DNA of 64,000 bases, taken from assembly GCA_050950765.1 (NCBI GenBank), contig JBMNIF010000001.1, positions 288,001-352,000 of the forward strand, given 5' to 3'. Within the stretch, counting starts at the first letter, position 1, and every line of letters begins with the position of its first letter. Positions 19,770 through 31,217 of the stretch are shown here, in pieces. Position numbers and translations under genes: made by a program. A model generated the notes under the pieces. The model had not been told where the DNA came from and made no database searches. It worked only from the letters and a program-made list of their open reading frames with translations. Source of the DNA: Bdellovibrionota bacterium (GTDB lineage: Bacteria > Bdellovibrionota_C > UBA2361 > JAAYZI01).

Positions 19770-20875
19770 TGAAAAGATATAAATTACTATTCTCTCTTAT
19801 CTTACTGTGTAGCGTTTTCTCATTAGTTGAGACAGTAAACGCTGCTAGACTTAAAGATATCGCTGAGGTCGAAGGTGTGCGCGGAAATCAGCTTTACGGT
19901 TACGGTTTAGTGATCGGATTAAATGGAACTGGTGACGGCAGCAGCGTAGAGTTTACCACCAAGAGTTTGTCTAATATGATTGAGAAACTCGGAATCAAGG
20001 TAGATCCTGCACAAATTAAGGTAAAAAATGTAGCTTCCGTGATGGTAACTGCCACCTTGCCGCCATTTGCCAAATCGGGGAATAGTTTAGATGTTAATAT
20101 CTCATCATTAGGTGATGCCAAGAGCCTCTCCGGTGGAACTTTATTACTAACTCCGCTACGGGGTGTTGATGGTAATGTTTATGCGGCAGCACAAGGGCAG
20201 TTAACGGTCGGTGGCTTCTCTGTTTCAGCAGGAGATGATGCCGCAACGCAAAATCATCCTACTTCTGCTGTCATAGCAGGTGGTGCTATCGTTGAGCGGG
20301 CAATACCGTTTGATCTCTTTCAATCAAAGCGAGTGCGCATCATTTTACATGAGCCTGATTTTACAACTATGACACGAGTCGTGTCTGCAATTAATCAGGA
20401 GTTTAGAAGACCTTTGGCTGTTGCTGTGGATGGTGCTTCCGTAGAAATACCGTTAGCAGGACCATTGGCGAGGGATCCGATAGGGTTGGTGGCGCGTTTG
20501 GAGCAGGTTGAAGTCGAGCGGGATGTAGCTGCTAAAGTGGTTGTGAATGAACGGACAGGGACGGTAGTGATGGGCGCTAATGTTACGATAGGACGTGTGG
20601 CGTTAGCACACGGTAATCTGAACGTCACTATCAGCTCGGAAACTCAAGTCTCTCAACCTAATGAGTTGGCAGGTGGAAGTACTGCTATTATTAATAATCA
20701 AGATATTACAGTTGGTGAAGAGGAGAAAAAGCTTAGTTTCGTTGGTGGCAATGTTACCTTAGCAGAGGTAGTTGATGCTTTAAACTCTTTAGGAGCATCA
20801 CCACGAGATATGATTTCAATCTTTAATGCTTTAAAAATTGCTGGTGCTTTAAATGCTGAATTGGTAGTGATGTAA
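19769..20875 (+). CDS. flgI: Flagellar P-ring protein FlgI
   Basis: RLKDI..GVRGNQLYGYGLVIGLNGTGD; ATG overlaps the flgH stop. Confidence 0.96.
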   Translation: MKRYKLLFSLILLCSVFSLVETVNAARLKDIAEVEGVRGNQLYGYGLVIGLNGTGDGSSVEFTTKSLSNMIEKLGIKVDPAQIKVKNVASVMVTATLPPFAKSGNSLDVNISSLGDAKSLSGGTLLLTPLRGVDGNVYAAAQGQLTVGGFSVSAGDDAATQNHPTSAVIAGGAIVERAIPFDLFQSKRVRIILHEPDFTTMTRVVSAINQEFRRPLAVAVDGASVEIPLAGPLARDPIGLVARLEQVEVERDVAAKVVVNERTGTVVMGANVTIGRVALAHGNLNVTISSETQVSQPNELAGGSTAIINNQDITVGEEEKKLSFVGGNVTLAEVVDALNSLGASPRDMISIFNALKIAGALNAELVVM

Positions 20876-20889
20876 AAAAGGGAATTGTA

Positions 20890-21207
20890 ATGTCTAACGA
20901 TATAACACCTCTAGCTAAGATGAATTTAGGAGAAAGCTTAATAACGCAGAACTTGGGTAAAAGCTCTGCGGATGATGCTGCTGCTATGGAAGAGGCTGCG
21001 GAGCAGTTTGAGGCGGTTTTCGTGCAGCAGATGTTTAATTCTATGTGGAGTGCGCTACCGAATGGAGGCTTGTTAAGTGGCAGTAATGAAGAGTCGCTTT
21101 ACCGCGATATGTTTAATCAGGCCATTTCGGAAGAGTTAGCAAAGTCGCAACCACTTGGTATTAAAGATGTAATTTTAAAAGAGATGCAGAAAAATACAAA
21201 GGAGTAG
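20890..21207 (+). CDS. flgJ: Short FlgJ (rod-binding domain only)
   Basis: AAEQFEAVFVQQMFNSM, YRDMFNQ; follows flgI. Confidence 0.85.
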   Translation: MSNDITPLAKMNLGESLITQNLGKSSADDAAAMEEAAEQFEAVFVQQMFNSMWSALPNGGLLSGSNEESLYRDMFNQAISEELAKSQPLGIKDVILKEMQKNTKE

Positions 21208-21362
21208 AGAATTTTTCACTAAAAAATAAGATCTTTATGTGTTATAAGATCCTTTTTTTGAAAAGAAAGCATCTTAATGTATAGGATTATGGAAGATCGC
21301 GTTAGTCGCAGGACGTGCTGGAAACGGCAAAATGCGCTTCTTTCGCTTAAAGGATTAAGCTA

Positions 21363-21698
21363 ATGGGAAACACAACAAGAGTAGAATCCGCAGATATTAA
21401 CTATCAGATCGAGCAAAATCGTCTTCGTTTAGAAGCTGAAAGAAACAGAACGGAGCAGAAAGGTCTTGCTGATGATAAAAATATAACTTCTGTAATTTCT
21501 TCAATATCTGATTCAACAGAATTGAGCCTTGCTAAGAAAATTCAAGAAGACTTAATCGGTGATAGATCCGAGAGAATCGCAGAGCTAAAAAAGAAGATTG
21601 AGAGTGGTACCTACCGAGTTGATTCTACAACCCTTGCAGAATCCCTTTCTTCCGCTCTTGATGAAGAGATCTTCTTTAGTAAATTAGGTAATGAATAA
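21363..21698 (+). CDS. flgM: Anti-sigma28 factor FlgM
   Basis: RSERIAELKKKIESGTYRVDS..LAESL. Confidence 0.85.
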   Translation: MGNTTRVESADINYQIEQNRLRLEAERNRTEQKGLADDKNITSVISSISDSTELSLAKKIQEDLIGDRSERIAELKKKIESGTYRVDSTTLAESLSSALDEEIFFSKLGNE

Positions 21699-21721
21699 GT
21701 CTTGTAACGGATGGGGGCTTT

Positions 21722-22237
21722 ATGGATGTTAATAGTGAGCTCTTTGTCGGACAACTGATATCGATATTACAGAAAGAGATCGAGCTTTATACGAAATATA
21801 CAGCCCTCCTAGAAGAGGAACGTCACTTTCTTGTGAAGTTTAAAGAGGAAAAAGTTAATGCCATCACAGCTAAAAGGATAGAGGTTTATAATAGCCTCGA
21901 AAGTTTGCAGAAAGAAAGAATGCAGCTGATGGAGTCGTTCCCTGATTGGCGCGGAAAAAAATTATACGATTTAGTTATAAAACATATGCACCATAAAAAC
22001 GCCAAACGCGTTTTGCCGTTAGTAACACAACTAAGAGAAGTGGTGAAGAAAACGGAAGCATCAGGTAAGCAACATTCACAAATTTTAAGTTTCAGCTTAC
22101 GCTCAATTCAAGGTGTGCTTTCTATCTTATGGTCAGCCACACAAACTGTTGTGAAATCATATAACAGCAAAGGGAAGATGCAGAACTCCTATCACCCCTC
22201 AGATTCACGTTCAGCTGGGGTTTTAAAACAGGCATAA
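21722..22237 (+). CDS. flgN: Flagellar export chaperone FlgN
   Basis: Helical, LLEEERHFL, C-terminal SYNSKG; follows flgM. Confidence 0.75.
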   Translation: MDVNSELFVGQLISILQKEIELYTKYTALLEEERHFLVKFKEEKVNAITAKRIEVYNSLESLQKERMQLMESFPDWRGKKLYDLVIKHMHHKNAKRVLPLVTQLREVVKKTEASGKQHSQILSFSLRSIQGVLSILWSATQTVVKSYNSKGKMQNSYHPSDSRSAGVLKQA

Positions 22238-22258
22238 TGTAAATTAAAAAGCGCCTTG

Positions 22259-23419
22259 TTACTTTAATAGTTCTAAGGCTAGTTTAGCGGTGCGTTCGGC
22301 TGAGGTTTCAGAAGAGTCACGTACTGTCAGACGATCTTTTACGATCTGAATCTTTTCTTTAAAAACTTTTACAGCTTGCGGATCTGTTAGGTATGGTAAA
22401 AGTGTGGCGGCAATACGTTCTGGGGATGCTGCTTTTTGTAAAAGCTCCGTCACAACCTCCTCTCCTGCAATTAAGTTCGGTAGTGAAAACCACTTGATGT
22501 GACGAACCAGTAAACGCCCTATAAAGTAACTAAGAGGTGTCGCTTTATAAACAACTACAAAAGGTGCGCCTACTAAGGCAGCTTCAAGGCAAGCCGTCCC
22601 TGAAGTAACTAAGGTTGCGTCAGCAGCCTTAAGAACGGCATCAGCTTGCTGTTCTATAACAATAATTTTTTTGTTATCTATAAAACTCTCCACAAAAGAC
22701 CTCTCGAGCCCTACTGCCAACGGAATTAGAGCTTGCAAGGTCGGTACCTCTTGAGTCATCTTTTCAAAAGCTTCTAGCATGGTCGGTAGAATACGAGTAA
22801 TTTCAATCTTTCTACTCCCTGGTAGTATCGCCAAGACAGGCTCTTTTGGATTTAAACCGTTTTCATTTAAAAAAACATCACGATCGAAAGAGTCAGCAGA
22901 TCCTTTTTTGATAAAATCATCTAATAACGGATGACCTAAATATTCTGCATCCACTCTGTGTAGACGGTAGAAATCCTCCTCAAAAGGTAAAATCGGCACC
23001 ATAGTAGTAACGTATTTTTTAATCTGTTTAATACGTCCTCTCCGCCACGCCCAAACTTGTGGACTGATGTAGTACATAACAGGGATGCCAAAAGAGTGCA
23101 GCCGCTCAGCTAGACGGAGATTAAAATCAGGAAAGTCTGTTAAGATAGCTAAAGCAGGTTTGCGTTGTTTCGCTTCAAAACACAATTTGTTAAAAGCTGC
23201 TAAAATAGTGTTAAGCTTTGTAGCGACTTCAAGGAAGCCCATAACGGAGGCGTCTTTTTCTGAATCGATAATCGTTTCAACACCGGCAGATCTAAGTGCT
23301 GAGCCGCCCATACCGAAAAGATGGAGATCTTGACGGAGTGATTTTAAGGCACGCGCCACACGCGCTGCGTGCATATCACCTGAAACTTCTCCTGCTACAA
23401 TAAGGATCTCTGTTGTCAT
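22259..23419 (-). CDS. lpxB: Lipid-A-disaccharide synthase
   Basis: AGEVSGD, DFPDFN, YISPQVWAWR, LPGSR. Confidence 0.96.
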   Translation of the reverse strand: MTTEILIVAGEVSGDMHAARVARALKSLRQDLHLFGMGGSALRSAGVETIIDSEKDASVMGFLEVATKLNTILAAFNKLCFEAKQRKPALAILTDFPDFNLRLAERLHSFGIPVMYYISPQVWAWRRGRIKQIKKYVTTMVPILPFEEDFYRLHRVDAEYLGHPLLDDFIKKGSADSFDRDVFLNENGLNPKEPVLAILPGSRKIEITRILPTMLEAFEKMTQEVPTLQALIPLAVGLERSFVESFIDNKKIIVIEQQADAVLKAADATLVTSGTACLEAALVGAPFVVVYKATPLSYFIGRLLVRHIKWFSLPNLIAGEEVVTELLQKAASPERIAATLLPYLTDPQAVKVFKEKIQIVKDRLTVRDSSETSAERTAKLALELLK

Positions 23420-23634
23420 AGCTTAAAATCATTATCAGTTTTTAAAGTTTATTATCTGAACCTTTTAAGTGTATGCTTTAAGAGCGATAATCAAAAGGGT
23501 AAAAATGTACCTTTTTTGGTAGTAGCCATTTTAAATACTTCTCAGAAAACGATTAAATATGTATAGTCTTCGAGGTTAACGTTCGGCGTGGCGTGCAACT
23601 TAAATATGCGTAAATTTTTTAGTGGTGATCTTTT

Positions 23635-24243
23635 ATGACAGAGACAAAGGAAAATTTAGGTCGATTTATTGCAAAATTACAGGAAGAAGGGGTTGAGAAA
23701 GGACACGCTGAAGCAGAAAAGATTAAAGCTGCTGCCACAGAAGCAGCCAGTCAGATCATTGCTACTGCCAAAGCAGAGGCAGAAAAAATTTTAGCAGATG
23801 CTTCAAAAAAAGGAGAGGCGCGCTTGCAGCAAGCGCAGGTAGAACTCAACTTGGCGGCGCGTGATACAGTGCTCAATTTAAAACAATCTATCGCAAAAAT
23901 GGTTGAAGCTATTCTGCGCGGAAGTGTTGAGAATCGTTTAAAGGATCCTGCTTTTGTCGGCGATCTGATTAAGAACGTTGTCTCTCAATACGTTCAGGCT
24001 GATGCACAAGGAAAGGAGTGTGTTGTAACGGTTCAAAGAGGTCTTTTAGATACGTTAAAAAATTCAGTTATGGCAGAGTTATCAGCAGGTACTACCTTTG
24101 TTGGTGGTTTAAGTGAAGCTGGTTTTGAGTTCACCTCACTTTCCGGAACCGTAGAGATAACACCTGACTCCATCGCTGAAGTGCTTGCAAAATATGTGAA
24201 TGTAGATCTGCAAGAGGCTATCGCAGCTGCGGTGCAGGAATAA
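23635..24243 (+). CDS. V-type ATP synthase subunit E
   Basis: KLQEEGVEKG..AEKI coiled coil; first gene of the V-ATPase operon. Confidence 0.85.
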   Translation: MTETKENLGRFIAKLQEEGVEKGHAEAEKIKAAATEAASQIIATAKAEAEKILADASKKGEARLQQAQVELNLAARDTVLNLKQSIAKMVEAILRGSVENRLKDPAFVGDLIKNVVSQYVQADAQGKECVVTVQRGLLDTLKNSVMAELSAGTTFVGGLSEAGFEFTSLSGTVEITPDSIAEVLAKYVNVDLQEAIAAAVQE

Positions 24244-24269
24244 ATTTCTGGTGGCTGGGGGATTATTAA

Positions 24270-24992
24270 ATGACGAGTCTTAATTATAATCTTTTAGCAA
24301 CTTTGCCAGTTCTTGGTGATCTTGGGACTCTACCCAGCCTCTCTGTGCAGGAATATCTTCAAATTATCTCAGAAAATCGCCGCGTGACGCGGCATTTTTG
24401 TATTATCGCATTAGGTGATGATTTAAGGCGACGTTCTGAAATTTTGCTTATGAATTCAGAAGCAATTAAAGACCTTCTTGTTTTAGATCCTACTACTATT
24501 CAAAACACGGATTGTATACTGCCGTTCTTTTCACAATCCATTCAGAAACGATTTGCTGCGGATCTTGATGATTACAAGATATTTGAGCTTTTCTTTAAGA
24601 TGGCAGCGGCGCAAGGAGAAGAGGATAAGGGAGACTTTTTAACAGCGTGGGTTGCCTTTGAGATCGCTTTACGCAATGTCTTGGCAGATCTGAGAGCAGA
24701 AAAATTGAAGGTTGCTGCTCCGCACCATCTTTTGCCGGAACTTTCTGATGAGGGAAGTTTTGATAGAAATGAAATTGCAACGGAGTTTCTAGCAGCAGAA
24801 AATCCGTTAAAGGTTGATGCAGTATTGACCCGTGTGCGTTGGGAATGGCTCTCGGAGCATGATAATTGGTTTCTTTTTACGGATGATGAAGTGCTTGCTT
24901 ACGGTGTAAAACTTTTGGAGCTGCACCGTCAATATCGTTTACTACATGGAACGCCTGTGGCGAGTAATGTGTTTTTTACGCCTGTTCAATAG
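24270..24992 (+). CDS. V-ATPase-associated DUF2764-like protein
   Basis: YNLLATLP, FEIALRN, LAYGVKL; lies between subunits E and A. Confidence 0.75.
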   Translation: MTSLNYNLLATLPVLGDLGTLPSLSVQEYLQIISENRRVTRHFCIIALGDDLRRRSEILLMNSEAIKDLLVLDPTTIQNTDCILPFFSQSIQKRFAADLDDYKIFELFFKMAAAQGEEDKGDFLTAWVAFEIALRNVLADLRAEKLKVAAPHHLLPELSDEGSFDRNEIATEFLAAENPLKVDAVLTRVRWEWLSEHDNWFLFTDDEVLAYGVKLLELHRQYRLLHGTPVASNVFFTPVQ

Positions 24993-25002
24993 GAGGTTAA
25001 GG

Positions 25003-26727
25003 GTGGAGGGGAAAATTGTTGGTTTAACAGGTAATATCGTTGCTGTTGAGACGGAAGAGAAGATTCTTCAAAATGGTATTGCGTATTGCCGTAGATCTGA
25101 TGGAGCAATGTTACTTTCAGAGGTGCTTCGAGTACGGGGTAAACGTGCAGACCTGCAAGTTTTTGAAGAGACGGCTGGATTGCGAGTTGGGGATACCGTT
25201 GAGTTTAGAGACGAGCTTCTTTCTATAACGTTAGGACCGGGATTATTAGGGCGTGTCTATGATGGTCTACAAAACCCGTTAAAAGAGTTGGCAGATGAGG
25301 TCGGATTCTTTTTAAAGGCTGGTACATATCTTGAGGGGCTTTCAACATCAACGCTTTGGATCTTTACCCCTTCTAGAATAGAAGGTGAGATAGTTCGTGC
25401 CGGAGATTCTTTGGGGAGTGTGCCGGAAGGGATCTTCGAACACCAGATTATGGTGCCGTTCGGTTTGAAAGGGGAGTACACCATAGAAAAGATCGTACCA
25501 GCGGGAGAGTATAACGTTACACAAGAGATCGCTATTCTCTCTAATGGTAGCGAACGAGTTTCAGTTTCGATGCAGCAGCGTTGGCCCGTTAAAGTGCCAC
25601 TTAATATCTCAAAAAGGCGGCTACTTCCTATTGAGCCGTTAGTAACTGGTATTCGCATTATTGATTCATTATTTCCTGTTGTACGAGGTGGAACGTATTG
25701 TATCCCTGGACCTTTCGGTGCTGGTAAAACAGTTTTGCAACAATTAACTTCTCGTTATGCCGATGTTGATGTTGTGATCGTTGCTGCTTGTGGTGAGCGT
25801 GCTGGTGAGGTGGTTGAGATGTTGCGTGACTTTCCTGAATTGCTAGATCCACGCACAGGGCGGAGTTTGATGGAGAGGACTATTATTATCTGCAACACCT
25901 CTGCTATGCCTGTTGCAGCGCGTGAAGCCTCAATTTATACAGCGGCAACTCTCGCTGAGTATTACAGACAGATGGGGTTACACGTTTTAATGTTAGCTGA
26001 TTCAACTTCTCGTTGGGCTCAAGCGATGCGTGAAATCTCTGGAAGGTTAGAAGAGATCCCTGGTGAAGAGGCGTTCCCCGCTTACTTAGAGAGTCGTATT
26101 GCTAGCTTTTATGAACGCGCTGGTGATATCGAGTTGAAAGATGGACGACGTGCATCTCTTACAATTGGAGGCACGGTTAGTCCTGCTGGAGGTAACTTTG
26201 AAGAGCCTGTTACGCAAAGTACTTTGAAGGTGGTTGGCGCTTTTCACGGACTCTCAAGAGCAAGAAGTGATGCTAGACGGTATCCTGCTATCGATCCTTT
26301 AGAGTCGTGGAGTAAATATGTAGGGTTAATTGATCCTAAAAAAGTGCGGAGCATTAGAGAGCTTTTAAAGCGTGGTAATGAAGTTGATCAGATGATGGCA
26401 GTTGTTGGTGAAGAGGGTACTAACATTGAAGATTTTACCATCTCTTTAAAAGCGGAGTTCTTTGATAAGTGTTATCTGCAGCAAAATGCTTTTGATGATG
26501 TGGATGCTTCTACTCCGGCTAAACGACAAAAGATGGTTTTTGATAAATTGCTAGAGGTTGTTAACCTTGATTTTGCCTTTGAGGATAAAGATGAAGCACG
26601 CAAAATTATGTTTATAGTGTCGGATCTCTTTAGAAACTGGAATTATGCGCCTTTTGAAAGTGCGGAGTTTAACAAAATACTTGGTGATATCGATGCCTGT
26701 ATAGCTACACGTGGGAGGCAGGAATAA
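25003..26727 (+). CDS. V-type ATP synthase subunit A
   Basis: [28 protein letters not shown] 25003 after AGGAGG. Confidence 0.96.
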   Translation: MEGKIVGLTGNIVAVETEEKILQNGIAYCRRSDGAMLLSEVLRVRGKRADLQVFEETAGLRVGDTVEFRDELLSITLGPGLLGRVYDGLQNPLKELADEVGFFLKAGTYLEGLSTSTLWIFTPSRIEGEIVRAGDSLGSVPEGIFEHQIMVPFGLKGEYTIEKIVPAGEYNVTQEIAILSNGSERVSVSMQQRWPVKVPLNISKRRLLPIEPLVTGIRIIDSLFPVVRGGTYCIPGPFGAGKTVLQQLTSRYADVDVVIVAACGERAGEVVEMLRDFPELLDPRTGRSLMERTIIICNTSAMPVAAREASIYTAATLAEYYRQMGLHVLMLADSTSRWAQAMREISGRLEEIPGEEAFPAYLESRIASFYERAGDIELKDGRRASLTIGGTVSPAGGNFEEPVTQSTLKVVGAFHGLSRARSDARRYPAIDPLESWSKYVGLIDPKKVRSIRELLKRGNEVDQMMAVVGEEGTNIEDFTISLKAEFFDKCYLQQNAFDDVDASTPAKRQKMVFDKLLEVVNLDFAFEDKDEARKIMFIVSDLFRNWNYAPFESAEFNKILGDIDACIATRGRQE

Positions 26728-26728
26728 G

Positions 26729-28030
26729 ATGAGAAAATATTTTGATGAGATCTTGCAGATTAGTGGTAATGTCGTAACGGTGCGCGCCCCTGGTGTGGCT
26801 TATAATGAATTGGCGATGGTGATTTCAGATCACGGCTCCTCTTTGGCACAAGTAATTCAGTTGCAAGGTGACTTGGCGACGTTACAGGTCTTTCAAGGAT
26901 CGCGCGGGCTTTCAACGAGAGATCGTGTTAGATTTTTCGGTCGGCAGATGGAGTTCCCGTTCGGTGAGATGTTGCTGGGGCGTATCTTTGACGGCTCGGG
27001 ACAGCCGCGAGATGGGAAACCTGAAGTTGAAGGCGAATCTATTGTATTAGGTTCTCCTGCCGTAAATCCTGCCAAGCGTCTAATGCCTAATAAGATGGTA
27101 CGTACCGGTATCCCAATGATTGATGTTTTTAATTCATTGGTAGAGTCTCAAAAGCTTCCGATATTTTCCGTAGCGGGTGAGCCGTATAATGAGCTTTTAG
27201 CACGTGTCGGATTGCAGGCGAATGCAGATATTATCTTGTTAGGTGGGATCGGGCTTAGGCATGATGATTATCTTAAGTTTAGAAATGCTTTTGAGCAGGG
27301 CGGAGTTTTAGGTAGGTCTATTATGTTTTTGCATACGGCAGCAGATCCTGTTGTGGAAGCTCTGCTGGTGCCGGATCTCTGTTTGGCTGTTGGTGAACAG
27401 TTTGCTTTGCAGGGGAAAAAAGTTTTAGTGCTTCTTTCTGATATGACCTCTTTTGCAGATGCTTTAAAAGAGATCGCAATTATTATGGGGCAGGTGCCTT
27501 CTAATCGTGGTTATCCTGGAGATCTTTATACGCAGTTAGCGAGGCGTTATGAGAAAGCTGTTGATTTTGATGGCGCCGGATCTATGACGTTATTAACGTG
27601 CACGACGCTCCCAGGTGATGATGTTACTCATCCTGTGCCTGATAATACGGGGTATATTACTGAAGGGCAGTTCTATCTCCGTAACGGTCGTATTGAACCT
27701 TTCGGATCTCTCTCTCGATTAAAGCAGCAGGTGAACGGCAAGACTAGAAACGATCATAGAGCGATTATGGATGGTTGTATTCAGTTGTATGCGTTGTGTA
27801 AAGAGAGTCGTGAAAAACGGGATATGGGGTTTGAACTTTCTGAGTGGGATGCAAAATTGTTGAAATACGGGGAGAAATTCGAAGATGAGATTATGGATCT
27901 CTCCGTTAATATTCCGTTGGAAGAGGCGCTTGATCTGTGTTGGAGGATCTTAGCTGAATGTTTTTCACCGGAAGAAACAGGTATTCGTAGAAATCTGATT
28001 GAAGAGCATTGGTTGAAGACGGCGTGCTAA
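26729..28030 (+). CDS. V-type ATP synthase subunit B
   Basis: [30 protein letters not shown]. Confidence 0.96.
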   Translation: MRKYFDEILQISGNVVTVRAPGVAYNELAMVISDHGSSLAQVIQLQGDLATLQVFQGSRGLSTRDRVRFFGRQMEFPFGEMLLGRIFDGSGQPRDGKPEVEGESIVLGSPAVNPAKRLMPNKMVRTGIPMIDVFNSLVESQKLPIFSVAGEPYNELLARVGLQANADIILLGGIGLRHDDYLKFRNAFEQGGVLGRSIMFLHTAADPVVEALLVPDLCLAVGEQFALQGKKVLVLLSDMTSFADALKEIAIIMGQVPSNRGYPGDLYTQLARRYEKAVDFDGAGSMTLLTCTTLPGDDVTHPVPDNTGYITEGQFYLRNGRIEPFGSLSRLKQQVNGKTRNDHRAIMDGCIQLYALCKESREKRDMGFELSEWDAKLLKYGEKFEDEIMDLSVNIPLEEALDLCWRILAECFSPEETGIRRNLIEEHWLKTAC

Positions 28031-28064
28031 AGTTTTTAGATCGGATCATGAGGTTGATTAGGTA

Positions 28065-28679
28065 ATGGCGCAACGATTGAATTTAACAAGACCTGAATTA
28101 AAGAGACAACGAGATCTACTACGTCGCTTCTCTCATTATCTGCCGATGCTAAAGTTGAAGTTGCAGATCTTACAGGTTGCTCTGCAAAAAACAGAAGCAC
28201 AATTCTTAAAAATACAAGATGAACTCTCTCTCTTGGAGACTCGCTTTAAAACGTATTCCACAATTATTAGAGAATGCAGCGGCGTGAATTTAGCGGCAGC
28301 GGTTAAGCCTTCTGAAATTAGGAAAGGTTATGAAAATATCGGCGGTGTTGAGGTGCCGTATTTTGAACAGGTTATTTTTGATCCAATAGAGTATGATCTT
28401 TTTGAAACTCCGGCTTGGGTTGATGGTGCTATACTTGATCTAAGGGAGTTTTCCGCTCTGCACGCTACGGAAGTGGTTCTGCATCAACGTTATGATATCT
28501 TAAAAAAAGAGTTAGCAAGGGCTTTACAACGGGTAAATCTTTTTGAAAAGGTCAAAATTCCAGCGGCGCAGGAAGCTATTAGAAGGATAAGAATTCAATT
28601 GGGTGATGAGATGGCAGCGGCTGTTGCTAGAGCTAAGGCGGCTAAAGCTAAGATTACGCAACGGGTGGATTATGATTGA
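28065..28679 (+). CDS. V-type ATP synthase subunit D
   Basis: YLPMLKLK, QRVNLFEKVKIP. Confidence 0.93.
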   Translation: MAQRLNLTRPELKRQRDLLRRFSHYLPMLKLKLQILQVALQKTEAQFLKIQDELSLLETRFKTYSTIIRECSGVNLAAAVKPSEIRKGYENIGGVEVPYFEQVIFDPIEYDLFETPAWVDGAILDLREFSALHATEVVLHQRYDILKKELARALQRVNLFEKVKIPAAQEAIRRIRIQLGDEMAAAVARAKAAKAKITQRVDYD

Positions 28680-30585
28680 ACCGATGTTAAAGATTTTCAT
28701 AGTGGCACGTTTCTCCGATAAGAAAGCTCTTGTCGCTGATCTGGGCAAGACGGGGGTTGTGCAACTGATCCCATTCGGAGAGGTAGAGAGTGAAGATCGC
28801 AAAAGTTTAGCGAAGCGATTAGAAGACCATGAAAAAGCTCTGAAAATTATTCAAACTTTGGAGCCTCTTAAAAAATCTGGCGTGGTTTCTGTTGAAAGTG
28901 TAGCGGATGAGATCTTAAGAAACAGTGCAGAAGTAGAGGTGTTGCAGAAAAATATAGATCTTTTAGAAGAGTCTTTAAAATCTCAAGAATTATGGGGAGA
29001 TCTTTCGCTACGAGATATTGAGAAGCTTAAAGGTGCTGGAGTAGAGGTTAGATTTTTTCGAATACCCTTTAAGACACCTCTTGATCTTCAAGGCGATGCA
29101 GTCGCTGATTGCGGAGCGCTTGATAAGACTTCAAAACTTCTCTTGGTAGTGAATCCTAAAGAACCGCTTCCGCAAGGTGTGCAAGAGTTGGTAGCGCCTG
29201 AAAAAGATAAGGCGTCTTTAGAGGCAGAGTTACTTGAAGCTCGTTCGAAGTTAGTTGAAGTTAAGGAGCGCTTAAGTGCTCTCGCTAATACGAAGGATGA
29301 CCTTTTACAAAAAGTTGAAGTTTTAAAAAATCGTTTAGCTTTTCAAAATGCCTTAGATGGTGGGCTAGGTGAAGGGGAGTTTTTTGCATTAAGTGGTTGG
29401 GTGCCTGCTAAAAAACAGGGGGTGGTTAAAGATCTATTACTTTCAAAAGATTGCTTCTATTACTTTGAGAAGCCGCAAGAAGATGAAGAGCCACCTGTTT
29501 TAATTACATATCCGAGATGGGCGCAGTCCATAGCTGGACTTTTTGATGCTTTAAATGTTGTGCCTGGTTATAGAGAGCCTGATATCTCTACTTATTTTAT
29601 GATTTTTTTACCGATCTTTGTAGCAATTATTATCGGGGATGCTGGTTATGGTTTTACACTGTTTGCCTTAGGAGTAATTTTCCGTAAAAAGATGTTGCAG
29701 GCAGCAGGGAAAGATAAGGTCGATTTATTATTTATCTTAAGTATTGTTACGATCATTTACGGCATATTATTCGGTTCGTACTTTGGATTTAGTCCGTTAG
29801 ATCTAGCTGATGCGGGAGGGTTTTCAGTCTATAACGGGACGGAGCTAGATGTCACAGCTACTATTAACGCTATGCAGAACGGGGAAGGGTTTGTAGCGTC
29901 CTTAGGGAGTATTATAACGTCTGCAGCGTTGTTGTGGAAACCGAGCGCTGATGGCTTTAGAAATCTTTTAACGGTGATTAGCTTTATCTTAGGGTGTAGC
30001 CACTTGGTGCTAGCACATCTGGTGCAAGTTATGAAACTTTTCCCATCGCAAGAAGCTTTGGCAGAGTTGGGATGGGCGATCTTTATCTGCGGTATGTTCG
30101 GTATTGTTTGGGGATTGTTTTTGCCGGATCGTCCTTTTATCGTTGGACAAAGTGGCGTTATCTTTATGCTTGCAAGTGGAGCACTCTTATCTGCCTGCTT
30201 TTCATGTCCGAATAGATCTTGGTTGGGGAGTAGGGTGCCTTGTGGTGTAGCAAGTTGTGCCTTATCTTGGATCGGAGCCTTCTCGGATATGGTGAGTTAT
30301 ATCCGTTTAATGGCAGTTGGATTATCCAGTTATTATATCACATCAATTGTAAATTTATTAGCAACAAAAACTTTTGAAGCGATGCCTGAAGTGGTTAGTG
30401 CGGGGATCGGTTTTGCGATTATCTTTATCGTTGGACATACTTTTAATATAGTGTTGGCGATGATCTCTATTTTGGCACACGGGGTGCGCTTAAATATGCT
30501 TGAATTTTCAAATAATGCCGGAGTGCAGTGGAGTGGAGTGAGTTATTCTCCATTTGTGCTACTTCGATCTAAAGGAGAATTGTAA
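28672..30585 (+). CDS. V-type ATP synthase subunit I
   Basis: PGYREPD, GDAGYG, SYIRLMAVGL, HGVRLNMLEF. Confidence 0.94.
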   Translation: MIEPMLKIFIVARFSDKKALVADLGKTGVVQLIPFGEVESEDRKSLAKRLEDHEKALKIIQTLEPLKKSGVVSVESVADEILRNSAEVEVLQKNIDLLEESLKSQELWGDLSLRDIEKLKGAGVEVRFFRIPFKTPLDLQGDAVADCGALDKTSKLLLVVNPKEPLPQGVQELVAPEKDKASLEAELLEARSKLVEVKERLSALANTKDDLLQKVEVLKNRLAFQNALDGGLGEGEFFALSGWVPAKKQGVVKDLLLSKDCFYYFEKPQEDEEPPVLITYPRWAQSIAGLFDALNVVPGYREPDISTYFMIFLPIFVAIIIGDAGYGFTLFALGVIFRKKMLQAAGKDKVDLLFILSIVTIIYGILFGSYFGFSPLDLADAGGFSVYNGTELDVTATINAMQNGEGFVASLGSIITSAALLWKPSADGFRNLLTVISFILGCSHLVLAHLVQVMKLFPSQEALAELGWAIFICGMFGIVWGLFLPDRPFIVGQSGVIFMLASGALLSACFSCPNRSWLGSRVPCGVASCALSWIGAFSDMVSYIRLMAVGLSSYYITSIVNLLATKTFEAMPEVVSAGIGFAIIFIVGHTFNIVLAMISILAHGVRLNMLEFSNNAGVQWSGVSYSPFVLLRSKGEL

Positions 30586-30586
30586 T

Positions 30587-31063
30587 ATGGAAACATCTGT
30601 TATGCTGGGGCAGTTGGGGTATGCACTTCCTTTACTGTTAGGCGCAATGGGAAGCGCTCTCGGTGTTTTATACGCCGGACGTGCTGCTATGGGGGAATGG
30701 GCAAAGGAGGGTAAGTCTGGAAAGGTACAACGTTTCACATACCTTATTTTTACAGGGATGCCACTTTCTCAGACTTTATACGGCTTTGTCTTTATGTATG
30801 TTAGTTTAAGAGGTCATTTAGCCGGTTCTGATATGGCATTAGCTACAAGTCACGGCGGAGTTCTTTTTGGATTAGGGCTGGGGTGTGGGCTTATCCAGTT
30901 TATTAGTGCGCTTGTGCAAGGCATACTTGGTGCTGGCGGCTGTCGTGTGGTGGGAGATAGTAATGGTAAGGGGCTTGGTTCAATTATTTCTGCTATGGGT
31001 ATTGCAGAATCAATAGGTTTACTCGGTTTAGTGTTCTGTATGCTTTTAATGCCAAAAATCTAA
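30587..31063 (+). CDS. V-type ATP synthase subunit K (two-hairpin proteolipid)
   Basis: GMPLSQTLYG, SALVQG, GIAESIGLLGLVF. Confidence 0.92.
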   Translation: METSVMLGQLGYALPLLLGAMGSALGVLYAGRAAMGEWAKEGKSGKVQRFTYLIFTGMPLSQTLYGFVFMYVSLRGHLAGSDMALATSHGGVLFGLGLGCGLIQFISALVQGILGAGGCRVVGDSNGKGLGSIISAMGIAESIGLLGLVFCMLLMPKI

Positions 31064-31089
31064 CGGCTACAAAGGTAGCTGTTTTAATG

Positions 31090-31149
31090 GGCACGCTTTT
31101 CCTCCAAAGGTTGAAGGATCTTTAGGGGAGATGGCGTGCCGATTTTTTT
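31090..31149 (+). terminator. Possible intrinsic terminator after the V-ATPase operon
   Basis: GGCACGC..GCGTGCC outer stem with inner CTCC/GGAG pairing, followed by a T7 run. Confidence 0.45.
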
Positions 31150-31217
31150 ATAAATGCCTTTTAAAGGGAGGGTAGCCTTCAATTAAAAGGTTGTTTTAAG
31201 CCTATCTTTCTATTTAA

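Noticed and set aside
21208..21362. Sigma28 or sigma54 promoter before flgM
   Set aside because: No motif with correct spacing found by eye
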